DNA from: Ostreococcus lucimarinus
Taxonomy: Eukaryota
Strand: one strand, 5' to 3'
DNA: 64,000 bases
Assembly (NCBI GenBank): GCA_000092065.1
Contig: CP000589.1
Every line of letters starts with the position of its first letter. Position 1 is the stretch's first letter. This document shows, in pieces, positions 48,260 to 58,248 of this stretch. The notes beneath the pieces are model-generated. The model was not told the origin of the DNA, did not search any database, and saw only the letters and a program-made list of their open reading frames with translations. The translations under genes were made by a program, and so were the position numbers.

Positions 48260-50359
48260 TCACGACGACTTTTCTCGCTCGACGATTTCGTCAATCTTAC
48301 GGAACTGCCACGGCCATCGCACGTTGTACAGGAACTGTCGCTGATCGAATCTATTGTCGTCCGGCGAGTAATTTTCAGCGTGATACGACGGCGTGAGCGT
48401 TGTCATCTTGTGCCTGTTGCACGAATAAAAGAAGAAAAATTTCTTCACCTTTTCGGCGATTTCGCTCGCAGAGAGCCCGCGATCCGCCCACTCCACGGTG
48501 TACAGACGCTTGAACATCGCCACTGGTCCAAGACGGGCGATTTTACGCAACCTTCCGTAAACACCGAGATCGTCGTAACTCATACCCATGTCCTCTTCGT
48601 CGGTTTGTACGTAGTCATCGCGAATAGGTTCGAGTTCCGCGGTAGGCGGCGCCTTTTCGACTTCTGCGAGCGTGGGATATCCCAAATTCATCGCCCCCCA
48701 GCGCAAGAACGATCGCAAATCGGCTTTGCTGATGCCGCCAATCGGATTTACGTCGGCACTCGAGCAATCGTACTTGGTCATGTATCCTCTCAATCCCTCG
48801 TCCACGTTCGCGCTCCCCAACACGAGCAAAAAGCCAGATTTACCTCGAACCCAAGGCAAAAGTTGCGCGAAAAGGAAGGACAAAACCATGCGCACGCGAG
48901 CTTGGATGTTTTGAAGCGCCAAGTTTTCCGCGTTTGACCCGCCGTCCACCTTAAATTTCGGCGTTTTCCCAGTCACCGTGGTGAAGAATGTTACGACGGC
49001 TGTCACCACGACGTCGATGGCGACGCTCAAATGCGAGGCGCCGATATCATTCGCGAGCGCCGCCGCGCGCGCGCGCGTCTCCGCGCTGCTGTTGTCCGTG
49101 CCAAGGTAAACAGTCGTAAATATCATCTTCGCCAACTCTTCGGCGCTCGGGATCGGGACGTCGCTCGCAAGTTGGGCGACGCGACGAATATCGTCGGCGA
49201 CAATCGCGTCCCCCGCGCTCGCCGCCCTGGTGACTAGTTGACACATGCTTCCGACGATGGCGGCCGTGCTGGCCGAGTCGGCGCCTCCGGAAAGCGGCAA
49301 AAAGTATCCGCTCGCGCCCGAGCGCCTGAGATAATCCCACAACCAGCACGCTGGCCCGAGCGCGATTTCCTCCTCGGGCGCATGAAACGAAATTGCCCGC
49401 TTCGGCGTCACCTTGAGATTCTCAGAAACGCACAGCTTGCCCGATACACGCACGGTAGGTATGCGCTTCACACTCGCCGCTTGTACACTCATCGATTGAA
49501 ACGCTCCTCGATGCGATTGAACTTCATCGAGATCCACCGTCGCGGCGACGACTTCGACGTCGCTCACGTCGAATTGTTTCCCTTGCGCCACGATTTCCCC
49601 ATTCACCGCGATGCACGCGCATCCATCGTAGTACAATCGCCCACCGTCACACCCGCGCTGATTGGAGTACAAATACACCCCACCCGCCTTCCCACTCGCG
49701 CTCTTGATCAAATTCATCCTGGCGTCCAACTTTCTCAATTGGTGGTGCGACCCGCTCCCGTTGCTCACGATTTCAATCCCATTCAACGCCAACGCGATGT
49801 GCGGCGCGTCGGGCGTCCACAACTCCTCACACGTCTCGCATCCTAATCCCGCGTCGTCGAACACCACCGCTCCGTCCCCGAACGCCACGCTCGTTTTCCC
49901 GTCCATTCCGAACCTCGCGCAACTCTCCGGCAGCGTAAACTCCTCCACTTCGTTCGCGCGCGTCCACGCCGTGAACCACCGCGACTCGCGATAATTCCCA
50001 TCATCCGCCAGCGCTCTCTTCGGTCGCACGAACGCGATCGCGCCGTCGACGATGATGACTCGACAATTATACCTCGCCCCGCGCGTCGTCGCCGGCGCGC
50101 CGACGTCCACCACCGCCCCGCGCATCAATTCCTTCTCCTCGCACAGCTTCGCGATCACCTCCCACGCGTGCGTCTCCGTGTCGCGCTCGTGAAAGTGATC
50201 CTCGCACCCGTACCCGCACGTCTCGAGCTCGGGCCCGACGCGATAGCGCGCGCCGAGTCTTTTCGCGCGCAGGATGCTCTCTCGAATCCGCGCGTAATTT
50301 CCATCAAAGTCCAGCGCCCACTGGTTCAGCGCGCAGCACGCGACGGCGACGACGCGCAT
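48260..50359 (-). CDS. NADSYN1: glutamine-dependent NAD(+) synthetase (NADSYN1-type: N-terminal CN-hydrolase plus NAD synthase domain)
   Basis: MRVVAVACCALNQWALDFDGNYARI (nitrilase-like N-terminus), LPLSGGADSASTAAIV PP-loop, and the C-terminal ...YHAENYSPDDNRFD. Trimmed to in-frame ATG 50359. Confidence 0.9.
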   Translation of the reverse strand: MRVVAVACCALNQWALDFDGNYARIRESILRAKRLGARYRVGPELETCGYGCEDHFHERDTETHAWEVIAKLCEEKELMRGAVVDVGAPATTRGARYNCRVIIVDGAIAFVRPKRALADDGNYRESRWFTAWTRANEVEEFTLPESCARFGMDGKTSVAFGDGAVVFDDAGLGCETCEELWTPDAPHIALALNGIEIVSNGSGSHHQLRKLDARMNLIKSASGKAGGVYLYSNQRGCDGGRLYYDGCACIAVNGEIVAQGKQFDVSDVEVVAATVDLDEVQSHRGAFQSMSVQAASVKRIPTVRVSGKLCVSENLKVTPKRAISFHAPEEEIALGPACWLWDYLRRSGASGYFLPLSGGADSASTAAIVGSMCQLVTRAASAGDAIVADDIRRVAQLASDVPIPSAEELAKMIFTTVYLGTDNSSAETRARAAALANDIGASHLSVAIDVVVTAVVTFFTTVTGKTPKFKVDGGSNAENLALQNIQARVRMVLSFLFAQLLPWVRGKSGFLLVLGSANVDEGLRGYMTKYDCSSADVNPIGGISKADLRSFLRWGAMNLGYPTLAEVEKAPPTAELEPIRDDYVQTDEEDMGMSYDDLGVYGRLRKIARLGPVAMFKRLYTVEWADRGLSASEIAEKVKKFFFFYSCNRHKMTTLTPSYHAENYSPDDNRFDQRQFLYNVRWPWQFRKIDEIVEREKSS

Positions 50360-50582
50360 GTCGAACCTTTTCGCGCGTCGTTTCGCGCGCGATTCGGCGC
50401 GCGCCGTTCTCGCGCGTCGGCGCGCGGCGCGCGAATCGTCGAATTTCCGGGAAATCGCACCACCGGACGCGTCAGAGACCGACGCGCGTCGGACCGTCGG
50501 CGACGGACGCGCCGCGCGCGCGCGCGAGGCGTCGCGCATGACCCGCGCGCGCGCGCGGACGTGATCGAGCGACGCGCGCGCG

Positions 50583-52637
50583 ATGCGCCGCCGCGCTCGC
50601 GAACGCGACCGCGCGCGAAGCGCCGCGGCATCGCGCGTCGTCGCGCTCGCGCTCGCGCTCGCGGGCGCGGCGAACGCGCGCGCGCGCGCGGCGAACGCGG
50701 GCGGGGGCGGACGACCGTCGTTCGAGGCGGCGGTGCTGCCGCCGAGCGCGTTCGCGGGACGGACGAGCGCGGTGACGGTGCACGGTTTGAACTTTTTGCC
50801 GGGCCGGGACGCGGCGTGCGCGGATTGTAACGCGAACGGCGCCGCGACGACGCGGTGCGCGTTCGGAGACGCGAGGGATAACGGTGCGGTGAGCGCGTTC
50901 GATGGCTCGGACGCGAGCGCGTTTGAGTGCGCGGTGAACGCGGTGGACGGGGCGACGGGGACGCCGAGGCTGGGCTTCGCGCGCGGGAGTTGGAGCGCGA
51001 ACGGAGGGTACGATTGGGCGGTGTTCGGGGGCGAGAGCGGGGGGGGGGAGGATGGCAGCGTGCACTTCATGAAGATACCGAGCGTGGATGACGTCATCGC
51101 GAGCGTGGCACCGATGGGAATGCCGACGTACGCGACGGGTGGAGATTTCGCGCGAGGCGCGCTCGGGTGTTACTTTGAGTCCAGAAACGACGCGGGGTCG
51201 TGGGTGATGCGGGCGACGGGGACGGCGGCGGAGGCGGCCGAACACAGAGGGCTGTTTGTGAGCTCCGCGCTGTATCGATGCGAATCGCCGACGTACGAGA
51301 GGACGACGCCGTCCAAGGCGACGCTGGCGCGGTTCGCCGTCGGCGTCTTGGGAAACGACGGCGGCTCGCTGACGAATGTGGTGAGTTATAAGGAAAACTA
51401 CTGGCTCACCCCGGGCGCGGCGACCGTGAGTAGTGGGACGTACGGTCTCACTGGGGGAGAGACGATCAGCGTCGGAGTGAGCGATTCGGATGGAGATTGG
51501 GCAAACATCGGTTGTCTCGTGGGAACGACGCGCGTGAGCGCGCGGTCGGTGTCTACGTCCACGGTGACGTGCGTAGCCCCTGCGCGCGCGGAGGATGATA
51601 TTGCGAACGTGCCGATCATGGTTGGCGTACGGTATGCCGAACAGAGCGCGTCGGTCGTGACGAGATCGACGGACGTGACGACGTACTCGGGCGGTACGCC
51701 AAAGCCGACGAGCCCGTACGAACTCCTCAACGACGAGTTATTCCTATTCGGTCGCGGGAAACAAGTCATGCAAGTTTCTTCAGAAGAAGATTTCACGTGC
51801 GTGTTGACTACGGTTGTCGACAACGTGACTTCGGTGTTCAAATCGACGACGGCGAACGCGTCTCCCTTTGACCAAATCTTAAACTGTCTCCTTCCTTTGA
51901 ACGTCGAGGTGGGATTCGTGGCGATGGGCATCACCGGTGGGAAATACGAGGGCGTGACGCAAGTCATGTTCGTCGATCCACCGCGGGCGATCAGCGCGTC
52001 GCCAAGACGAAGCCCGAGCGAAGGCGGTGGCATCGTGTGGGTGTACGGCTCGAATTTGAACGCCGGCACCGATCCGTACTCGTCGTGCGTGTTCACTGCC
52101 GACGAGTCGTCGAGTTTCAAATGGGCAGTGGGAACCGGCGCTCGCGCGAGTTCCGCTCTCGTCGCGTGCGAGCTACCGCCCGCGGCGTCCGTGGTGGTGC
52201 AGAACAATCAGCGAACAACGGCGGTGGCCGTCGTCATGCGTCCTGCTTCGGCGAGCGCGAACGCCTTGGATTCGGGAGCTTCGATCGAGTATGCCGTAAA
52301 CGTCGCGTCGGCGTCCATATCTCCAGTGCGTGGATCGTTAGAAGGAGGGACACCCGTGCGCCTGGATCCGACTATGACGTGGGTCGTGTCGCAAAGCTCG
52401 TCGGGGACGCCAGATACGGATGATTTCGGCACGGGTGGGTGTCGCTTCAGCGCTGTCACCGTGTCCGCGCGCGTCGCCGACTCGGGAGCGATCGAGTGCG
52501 TGTCACCGTCGCTAGGTAACTTTCCGTACGCCAACGCACCGGTCGCGATCGCGGTGGATTGGCGAACGAGCTCGTCGCCCCTCGTCTTCTTTACGAGTAC
52601 GAACACGTTTCTCAACTTTTCATACGTTCGATTCTAG
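50583..52637 (+). CDS. secreted repeat protein with IPT/TIG-like Ig-fold domains
   Basis: ATG verified. N-terminal signal-like hydrophobic stretch (VVALALALAGAANARA). Repeated segments of the form SxSPxxGSLEGGTPVRL / VSPSLGNFPYANAPVAI are typical of IPT/TIG domains. Gly/Ser/Thr-rich. Confidence 0.5.
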   Translation: MRRRARERDRARSAAASRVVALALALAGAANARARAANAGGGGRPSFEAAVLPPSAFAGRTSAVTVHGLNFLPGRDAACADCNANGAATTRCAFGDARDNGAVSAFDGSDASAFECAVNAVDGATGTPRLGFARGSWSANGGYDWAVFGGESGGGEDGSVHFMKIPSVDDVIASVAPMGMPTYATGGDFARGALGCYFESRNDAGSWVMRATGTAAEAAEHRGLFVSSALYRCESPTYERTTPSKATLARFAVGVLGNDGGSLTNVVSYKENYWLTPGAATVSSGTYGLTGGETISVGVSDSDGDWANIGCLVGTTRVSARSVSTSTVTCVAPARAEDDIANVPIMVGVRYAEQSASVVTRSTDVTTYSGGTPKPTSPYELLNDELFLFGRGKQVMQVSSEEDFTCVLTTVVDNVTSVFKSTTANASPFDQILNCLLPLNVEVGFVAMGITGGKYEGVTQVMFVDPPRAISASPRRSPSEGGGIVWVYGSNLNAGTDPYSSCVFTADESSSFKWAVGTGARASSALVACELPPAASVVVQNNQRTTAVAVVMRPASASANALDSGASIEYAVNVASASISPVRGSLEGGTPVRLDPTMTWVVSQSSSGTPDTDDFGTGGCRFSAVTVSARVADSGAIECVSPSLGNFPYANAPVAIAVDWRTSSSPLVFFTSTNTFLNFSYVRF

Positions 52638-52678
52638 CTCATCGATTAGCACATGTATTTCAGCAGCGTCTAGATCCA

Positions 52679-54313
52679 CTAAATCTCGCTATCGCTCGAG
52701 CTCAACGCACCCTTGGTCGTGATCGCAATCGCCAAAGCGCGCTTCAACGTCGCCACTTCAGCGTATCCAGGCTCATCGCCGTAGTCGTGCAAGAGTAACA
52801 AAAAGTCATCCGTCTTCATCGACATGATATATTGCTCGGAAAGCGCTTCATTGATCTGCACTCGAGGGTCGTTGAATGTGGGATCACCGCGCTTTCTCGC
52901 CGCGTGCTCGACAAAATCTACGACGACTTCGTCGAGAGTGACGTACGGCACGTTGAGAATGTTCATTTCGGAACGGAATTCAGACACATACATTTGGCCG
53001 ACGTACTTGAGCATCGCCGATGTCGTGCCGGGTGTGGAGACGACGTTTCTAGGATCGATACCACTCTTACGAATCGCGGCCGACTCCATATCGTCTGACT
53101 CGAATTGATTGTACTTGCCCGCAAGCGTCGTCGTCGTCGTCGTCCTCGTCTCCTTTGCGTCGAATTCAAACGAGGACGTCGAATCTTCTCTGGCGTTGAA
53201 CGAACTCGGCGTTCGCGCGTCTTCATAGATCGACTCGTCCACGGTGTTGTCAAACTCCCAATAATCACTCATTCCCGGCGTCGCTTGCGGCACGCGCGTC
53301 GACTTCGAGGACGCGGGCGTGTCCTCGAAAGGATTTCCTCGCGCCGCCGTCGACTTTTTCGCCGTCGATGTGAATCGCCACGCTTCGTCTCGCACCGCCG
53401 CAATTTCCGCGTCCGTGGGCGATGGATAATCGTCCATATCGTTGAACACGTGCTTACCGCGCCAGCTTCCGATCGCGCCCGCGGGTGTTGACGGATTCAC
53501 GTCGTTCGAACGCTTCTCCAAGCTCGGCAGCGGATCGAGCTCGACGACGTGCGGCTCGGGCGACGCCGCCATCGGCGACGCGCGCGCGAACGGATTCACC
53601 GGCACGATCGGCGACGGCATCTCATCGGGAATAACGCGCGGACCCAGCTTCGCCCGCCCCGCGTCGATGATATCCGCTTCGATCGCCCGCAGTTCCTTCG
53701 CGAACCCGTCCGCGAGCGTCTCGAGCAACGTCTCGCACTCGAGTTCGACGTCCACCTGATACTGCGCCTCCGTCTCGCTCGCGCGCTCGTACGCCGACCA
53801 CGCGCGAAACGCCACGAGCGCCGAGCACTTCCTCTCCACGCGCCCCTCCAAAATCACATCCTTCCTCGCGCACGACCGCAGCGTAATTTTTCCGTCTCTC
53901 CGCGTTCCGCCCGCGAGCGCCCACTGCGCCTCCCGCGTCACCGCCTTCGTCTCGAACCGCATCACCGTCTCCCCCTTGTGCACGGTGACGTACTTCCCAT
54001 AACACCCAGCGTCAAAATTCCCATCGCGCACGACGAACGCGTACTTCGCGCCCTCTTTACCGTTCCCTCCCTCGTCCCCGCGCGTTATTCGAACCGCCGT
54101 CAACCGCGGCGCCGTCGTCTCGTCCAACACCGCCTCCCCGAACGCCTCCCGCGCGCTCCTCGCGCCGCGCACTCGTCGCACGACGATCACGTCTCCATCG
54201 CTCAGCGGGTCCTCGCGCGCGCGCGCCTCCGCGTCGCGCCGCAGCGCCTCGAACGCGTCGTCGTTCTTCGCTCGACGCGCCGCCTCGCCGAGCTCCAGCG
54301 TCGCCTCGCCCAT
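52679..54313 (-). CDS. hypothetical protein with PH/GRAM-like N-terminal domain
   Basis: ORF 52679..54385 (the first codon there is GTG). The in-frame ATG is at 54313 (MGEATLELGE). The N-terminal KYAFVVRDGNF...VTVHKGETVMRFETKAVTREAQWA is PH-like. The conserved-looking C-terminal block (YVGQMYVSEFRSEMNILNVPYVTLDEVVVDFVEHA...FLLLLHDYGDEPGYAEVATLKRALAIA) has no family I can name. Confidence 0.45.
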   Translation of the reverse strand: MGEATLELGEAARRAKNDDAFEALRRDAEARAREDPLSDGDVIVVRRVRGARSAREAFGEAVLDETTAPRLTAVRITRGDEGGNGKEGAKYAFVVRDGNFDAGCYGKYVTVHKGETVMRFETKAVTREAQWALAGGTRRDGKITLRSCARKDVILEGRVERKCSALVAFRAWSAYERASETEAQYQVDVELECETLLETLADGFAKELRAIEADIIDAGRAKLGPRVIPDEMPSPIVPVNPFARASPMAASPEPHVVELDPLPSLEKRSNDVNPSTPAGAIGSWRGKHVFNDMDDYPSPTDAEIAAVRDEAWRFTSTAKKSTAARGNPFEDTPASSKSTRVPQATPGMSDYWEFDNTVDESIYEDARTPSSFNAREDSTSSFEFDAKETRTTTTTTLAGKYNQFESDDMESAAIRKSGIDPRNVVSTPGTTSAMLKYVGQMYVSEFRSEMNILNVPYVTLDEVVVDFVEHAARKRGDPTFNDPRVQINEALSEQYIMSMKTDDFLLLLHDYGDEPGYAEVATLKRALAIAITTKGALSSSDSEI

Positions 54314-54472
54314 CGCGCGCGTCGCGCCGTCGCGCGCGCCGGCGCGCGCGTTTCGTTTCTTCGCCGCGAGGTCTCGCGCGTCCACGGGCGCGTCGCGTCG
54401 CGCTCTGGCGCGCGATCGATCGCGCTGGATGATTTTGAATTCAAATCGAGCCGTCTCACTCGCGCGCGCGCG

Positions 54473-55426
54473 ATGCCGCGCGCGCGCCGCGCCGCGACGC
54501 GCGCCGCGGACGAGAGCGCGCGCGACGAAAAAAAATCACCGCCCGCTCGCGCGACGCGCGCGCGCGGCGCGACGCCGGCGCGCGCGCCGCCGCCGCCGCG
54601 ACCGACCGACCGACCGCGACGACGCGCGACGGCGACGACGACGACGACGCGCGCGACGCGCGCGCGGTCGAACGCGCGGTCGCGCGCGGTGCTCTTGGTC
54701 GCGCTCGCGGCGGCGCTCGCGCTCGGCGCGCTGCGCGCGCGACGCGCGACGACGACGGGACGCGGCGGCGGCGCGGACGCCGACGCGGCGGCGCGCGCGA
54801 CGACGCTGCGGCGCGCGCTCGACGCGGTGACGCGAAGCGCGAGCGCGGTGGAGTTCTTCGTCGAGGACGTGGCGACGCGACGGGCGTCGCACAAGGCGCC
54901 GACGGTGCTGGTGGCGGCGAACACGCCGGAGGGGTTGCGCGCGGCGCGGGCGAGTCTGGAGGCGACGCTGCGGAGGGGCGCGCGCGGGCGGTGCGCGATG
55001 ACGCTGGACTGCGCGGCGGCGAACCTGCGGGAGTTGGACGCGGACGAGGCGCGAGGGCGGTTGCAGCGCGCGCTGGCGCGACACTTGGCGGGATGTTCGC
55101 GCGACGAGGACGGCGCCGTCGTGGTGCTGCACGACGTCGCGAACATGTCGCCCGAGCACGTCCCGGCGTTGCTTCCCGCGCTGAGCGAAGACGGGGCGTA
55201 CGCGTACGATGGGGAATCGATCTCGACGACGAGAGGCGTGTTCGTTCTCACCGCGCACCTGCCGGCGACTCGAGCGGCGGCGGCGGCGCCGACGGACGAG
55301 AAGACGTTCACGAACGCGGCGAAGATGGCTTTATTGGACGCCATGCGCGCGAAAACTAGCGACGACGACGCCACGGCGTTGGCGTTTAGACGTAGAATAG
55401 ACGTCGCCGTTCCGGCGAACGCGTGA
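54473..55426 (+). CDS. hypothetical single-pass membrane protein
   Basis: ORF 53549..55426 trimmed to in-frame ATG (MPRARRAAT). Thr/Arg low-complexity, then a TM helix (AVLLVALAAALALGAL), then a ~200-aa luminal-type domain. No family recognised. Confidence 0.4.
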   Translation: MPRARRAATRAADESARDEKKSPPARATRARGATPARAPPPPRPTDRPRRRATATTTTTRATRARSNARSRAVLLVALAAALALGALRARRATTTGRGGGADADAAARATTLRRALDAVTRSASAVEFFVEDVATRRASHKAPTVLVAANTPEGLRAARASLEATLRRGARGRCAMTLDCAAANLRELDADEARGRLQRALARHLAGCSRDEDGAVVVLHDVANMSPEHVPALLPALSEDGAYAYDGESISTTRGVFVLTAHLPATRAAAAAPTDEKTFTNAAKMALLDAMRAKTSDDDATALAFRRRIDVAVPANA

Positions 55427-56129
55427 CGGCGCGTAAAATGTAACCGTAACCGTTACTATTTTCAACCGCACGTACTGTAACTGTTTTCAAAAATCCGCGC
55501 GTCGACGCGGCACCGCGCGCGACGTCGCGGGAACGAACCGCGACGACGACGCGATCGTGACGTGCACGATCCATCGCCGTCGCGTCGGCGCGTCCATCAT
55601 CGCGGACGCGGCGCCGAACGAATCGGCGTTTTCGCGTCCCGAGTCACTCCGCCTTCGTCCCCGCGCGCCGCGCGTCGTCCCGCGACCGCGCGCGCGCCGC
55701 CGCGCGTTCGCCTACCGCGCGTTCTCGCCGAGCGCGCGCTCCACGGCGCTCAAGATGCGCTCAATCTTCACCGGATCGTCGACGTACCCGTCGCCTCGCG
55801 TCAACTTTGAGTGCACTAATTCGCCGGCGACTTTGACCTCGAGCGCGCCGCTCGTCGTCGGCGTCGGCTCCGCGGCCACGGAGGCTCGCGGAAATTTCGC
55901 CACGATGGCGCGCTCGATCGCCGTCGCGAAGCGCAGGTAGCCTCAGCCGCCTCAGTAAGTGATGTGTACGAGAGGATTCATCACGACGAGCGTCGCGAGT
56001 CGCGAAGTGACGACGAGTCGAGCGAGGACTGAAGGAATGTCGGAATACCGATGTTCGCGCGCGTGTCTAATGATATGGTTTCTAAAGCTACTGCGGCGCT
56101 GGCTACGGTGCGCGCGGCGCGCGCGGTGG

Positions 56130-58157
56130 TCAGAGAATGACGACGCGTTTAGCTTCTTTGCGCCTGGACGGCCTGGACGGCGCCGTCGCGACGCGAACGT
56201 CGTTGTGAGGAATGACCAAGGCGACCGTGTCTTCGAGCGCGCGGTTCGCCGTTTCGAGGACGGCGTACTTGACGTAAATCGCACCCACGACGCACACGAC
56301 GGCGAAGAAGACGTGGATGGCAGACGCGCCGAAGGCGTCGAGGGCGAGTTCGTACGCGAACGTCTCTACGAAGACGTACGACCAGTACAGCGTGAGCGTG
56401 AGCGAGATTGCCGTACCGCGCGCGTGCTGAGGGAACAGCTCAGCGGCGATGAGCATCGGTATCGCCGCCATGCCAAGTCCGTAGAAGAAGGCAAATGAGA
56501 TGATGGCGACGTCGAGCGCGTCCCGCGCCGAGCCCAAGGCGTAGCCGGCGGCGGCGCTCGCCATGGCGAGGTTGCAGAGACACATACCCGCTAAAGATGC
56601 CAGCATGCACGGCTTCCGCCCCATGTAATCTACCATTCTCGAACACACCATGATGCCGAACAAGAGCGTGACGACGTATGCGATCCGAGTCTCCGTCGAC
56701 GACGGCACCGCGCCGTTCGACGGAATTTCGCCGTCGTCGTGCACGGCGAGCGACAGTCCGCCGAGCTGTTGGATCCCGACGAGCGCACAAGCGATCATCA
56801 TCGATCTCGATAGATGCGAGTCAAGCAATAGATCGTACCACCTGAACGCGGCAAACGCGCCGGGTGGTGAAGTCTTTGCATTTTCGCGAGCGACGATGTT
56901 CGCGACATCCTCCATTGCCTCGCGTTCCTTATACGCCCCTCGAAGCGTTGTGAACGCTTCCACCGCCTCGATGCGCATTTCTCGCGCCAGCAACCATCTT
57001 GGAGATTCCACTACGCATATAATGGCGATGATCAGAGCGATGACGTTGAACATAGCGCACACGCCGGCTAAGTGTCTCCAGTGCATCGTCACCGGACTCA
57101 ACGGGCTCAGATACATGAACAACACACCCTTTACGATGGCCAAATTAGGCAAGATCGCGTGCGCACCGCGCATAGATTTTGAACTAGCCTCAATGAGTAA
57201 CAAGGGCGCCGCAGTGGTGACAATACCCACAGAAATGCCCGCGAGCACCCTCCCAACCATCGCCGTCGTCGAAAACGCAGGCGCGCAAGCCGCCAGCGCC
57301 CACCCTAAGATCGCCGGTATCGTCGCCGCAACAACCGTTCGGCGCCTACCAAACCTATCGCACCCCCAACCCGCGCGCGCTGCGCCCACAATCGCCCCCA
57401 GGAAGAGCGCCGCTTGTAAAGTGGCGATTTCGTCCTCGTTCGCGCCATCCGTCCCGCACGCCGCCGTCTCGCCACCGCACGACATCGTCTTCCTAGCCGC
57501 AAACGGAAACCCGATAGCCAACCCCACGGTGAAGCACGTGAGCGATACCGATGCCGTCGCCGCCCACGTGCGCCAGGTTTTCGGCACCATCGCCGCGACG
57601 ACGCTCGATGTCGAGTGCAGGTTCGCTCCCGACACCCGAGCGCTCACGCCGACGCCGCGTTCAACTTCATCCAGCGTCCGCAGCGCGTCCCGCGTCAACC
57701 GCGTGTACCCTCGCGCGCTCGTGCTCTCCACGAACATCCGATTCGCGCGTGCATCGCCGGCGTCATCGTCATCGCTCGACGTCGTCGACGACTCGCCGCC
57801 GTCAACACCCCGCGATTTTTTGCTCGACGACAGCGTCGTGCGCGCGTCGTCCGCGTGCGTCGTCCCGGTGTCGCTCGTCGCGTACCCTCGATCATTTCGC
57901 AGTAATTCCTCGCGTTCGCCGTCGTTGGCGCGTCCGACTTTCGGCGCGCCGCTGAAGAGCGTCTTCAACATCCCAGAGACTGAAGCGCGCGGGGACGCGC
58001 TGGAATCTCGACTCGCGCTCGCGCGACGCGCGCGTCTCTCGCGCCTGCGCGACTCGCGACCGTCGCGACGATCATCTCTCGCTTTCTTCTCGGCGCGCGC
58101 CTTCTGGAACAGGCGCGCCTTGTTGGCGAGCTCGAGTTCCTCCTTGCTCGGCGGCAT
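56130..58157 (-). CDS. MFS sugar porter-family transporter with long hydrophilic N-terminus
   Basis: GCDRFGRRRT (DRxGRR), VESPRWLL (PESPRW), 12 TM-like segments, PMLIAAELFPQHARG. Trimmed to in-frame ATG (MPPSKEELEL). Confidence 0.8.
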   Translation of the reverse strand: MPPSKEELELANKARLFQKARAEKKARDDRRDGRESRRRERRARRASASRDSSASPRASVSGMLKTLFSGAPKVGRANDGEREELLRNDRGYATSDTGTTHADDARTTLSSSKKSRGVDGGESSTTSSDDDDAGDARANRMFVESTSARGYTRLTRDALRTLDEVERGVGVSARVSGANLHSTSSVVAAMVPKTWRTWAATASVSLTCFTVGLAIGFPFAARKTMSCGGETAACGTDGANEDEIATLQAALFLGAIVGAARAGWGCDRFGRRRTVVAATIPAILGWALAACAPAFSTTAMVGRVLAGISVGIVTTAAPLLLIEASSKSMRGAHAILPNLAIVKGVLFMYLSPLSPVTMHWRHLAGVCAMFNVIALIIAIICVVESPRWLLAREMRIEAVEAFTTLRGAYKEREAMEDVANIVARENAKTSPPGAFAAFRWYDLLLDSHLSRSMMIACALVGIQQLGGLSLAVHDDGEIPSNGAVPSSTETRIAYVVTLLFGIMVCSRMVDYMGRKPCMLASLAGMCLCNLAMASAAAGYALGSARDALDVAIISFAFFYGLGMAAIPMLIAAELFPQHARGTAISLTLTLYWSYVFVETFAYELALDAFGASAIHVFFAVVCVVGAIYVKYAVLETANRALEDTVALVIPHNDVRVATAPSRPSRRKEAKRVVIL

Positions 58158-58248
58158 CGCCGCGCGAGGCGCGAACTGAGGACGACGCGAGCGAACGGGC
58201 TGTCGTATTATTCTCGAGCTATCGAAATCTAACTTTCTATCGAGCGCG

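Noticed and set aside
54202-55374. 390-aa minus ORF antisense to the 54473..55426 membrane-protein gene
   Set aside because: Ala/Arg/Ser-dominated (ARRARS...) with no structure. It is a typical GC-driven antisense ORF.
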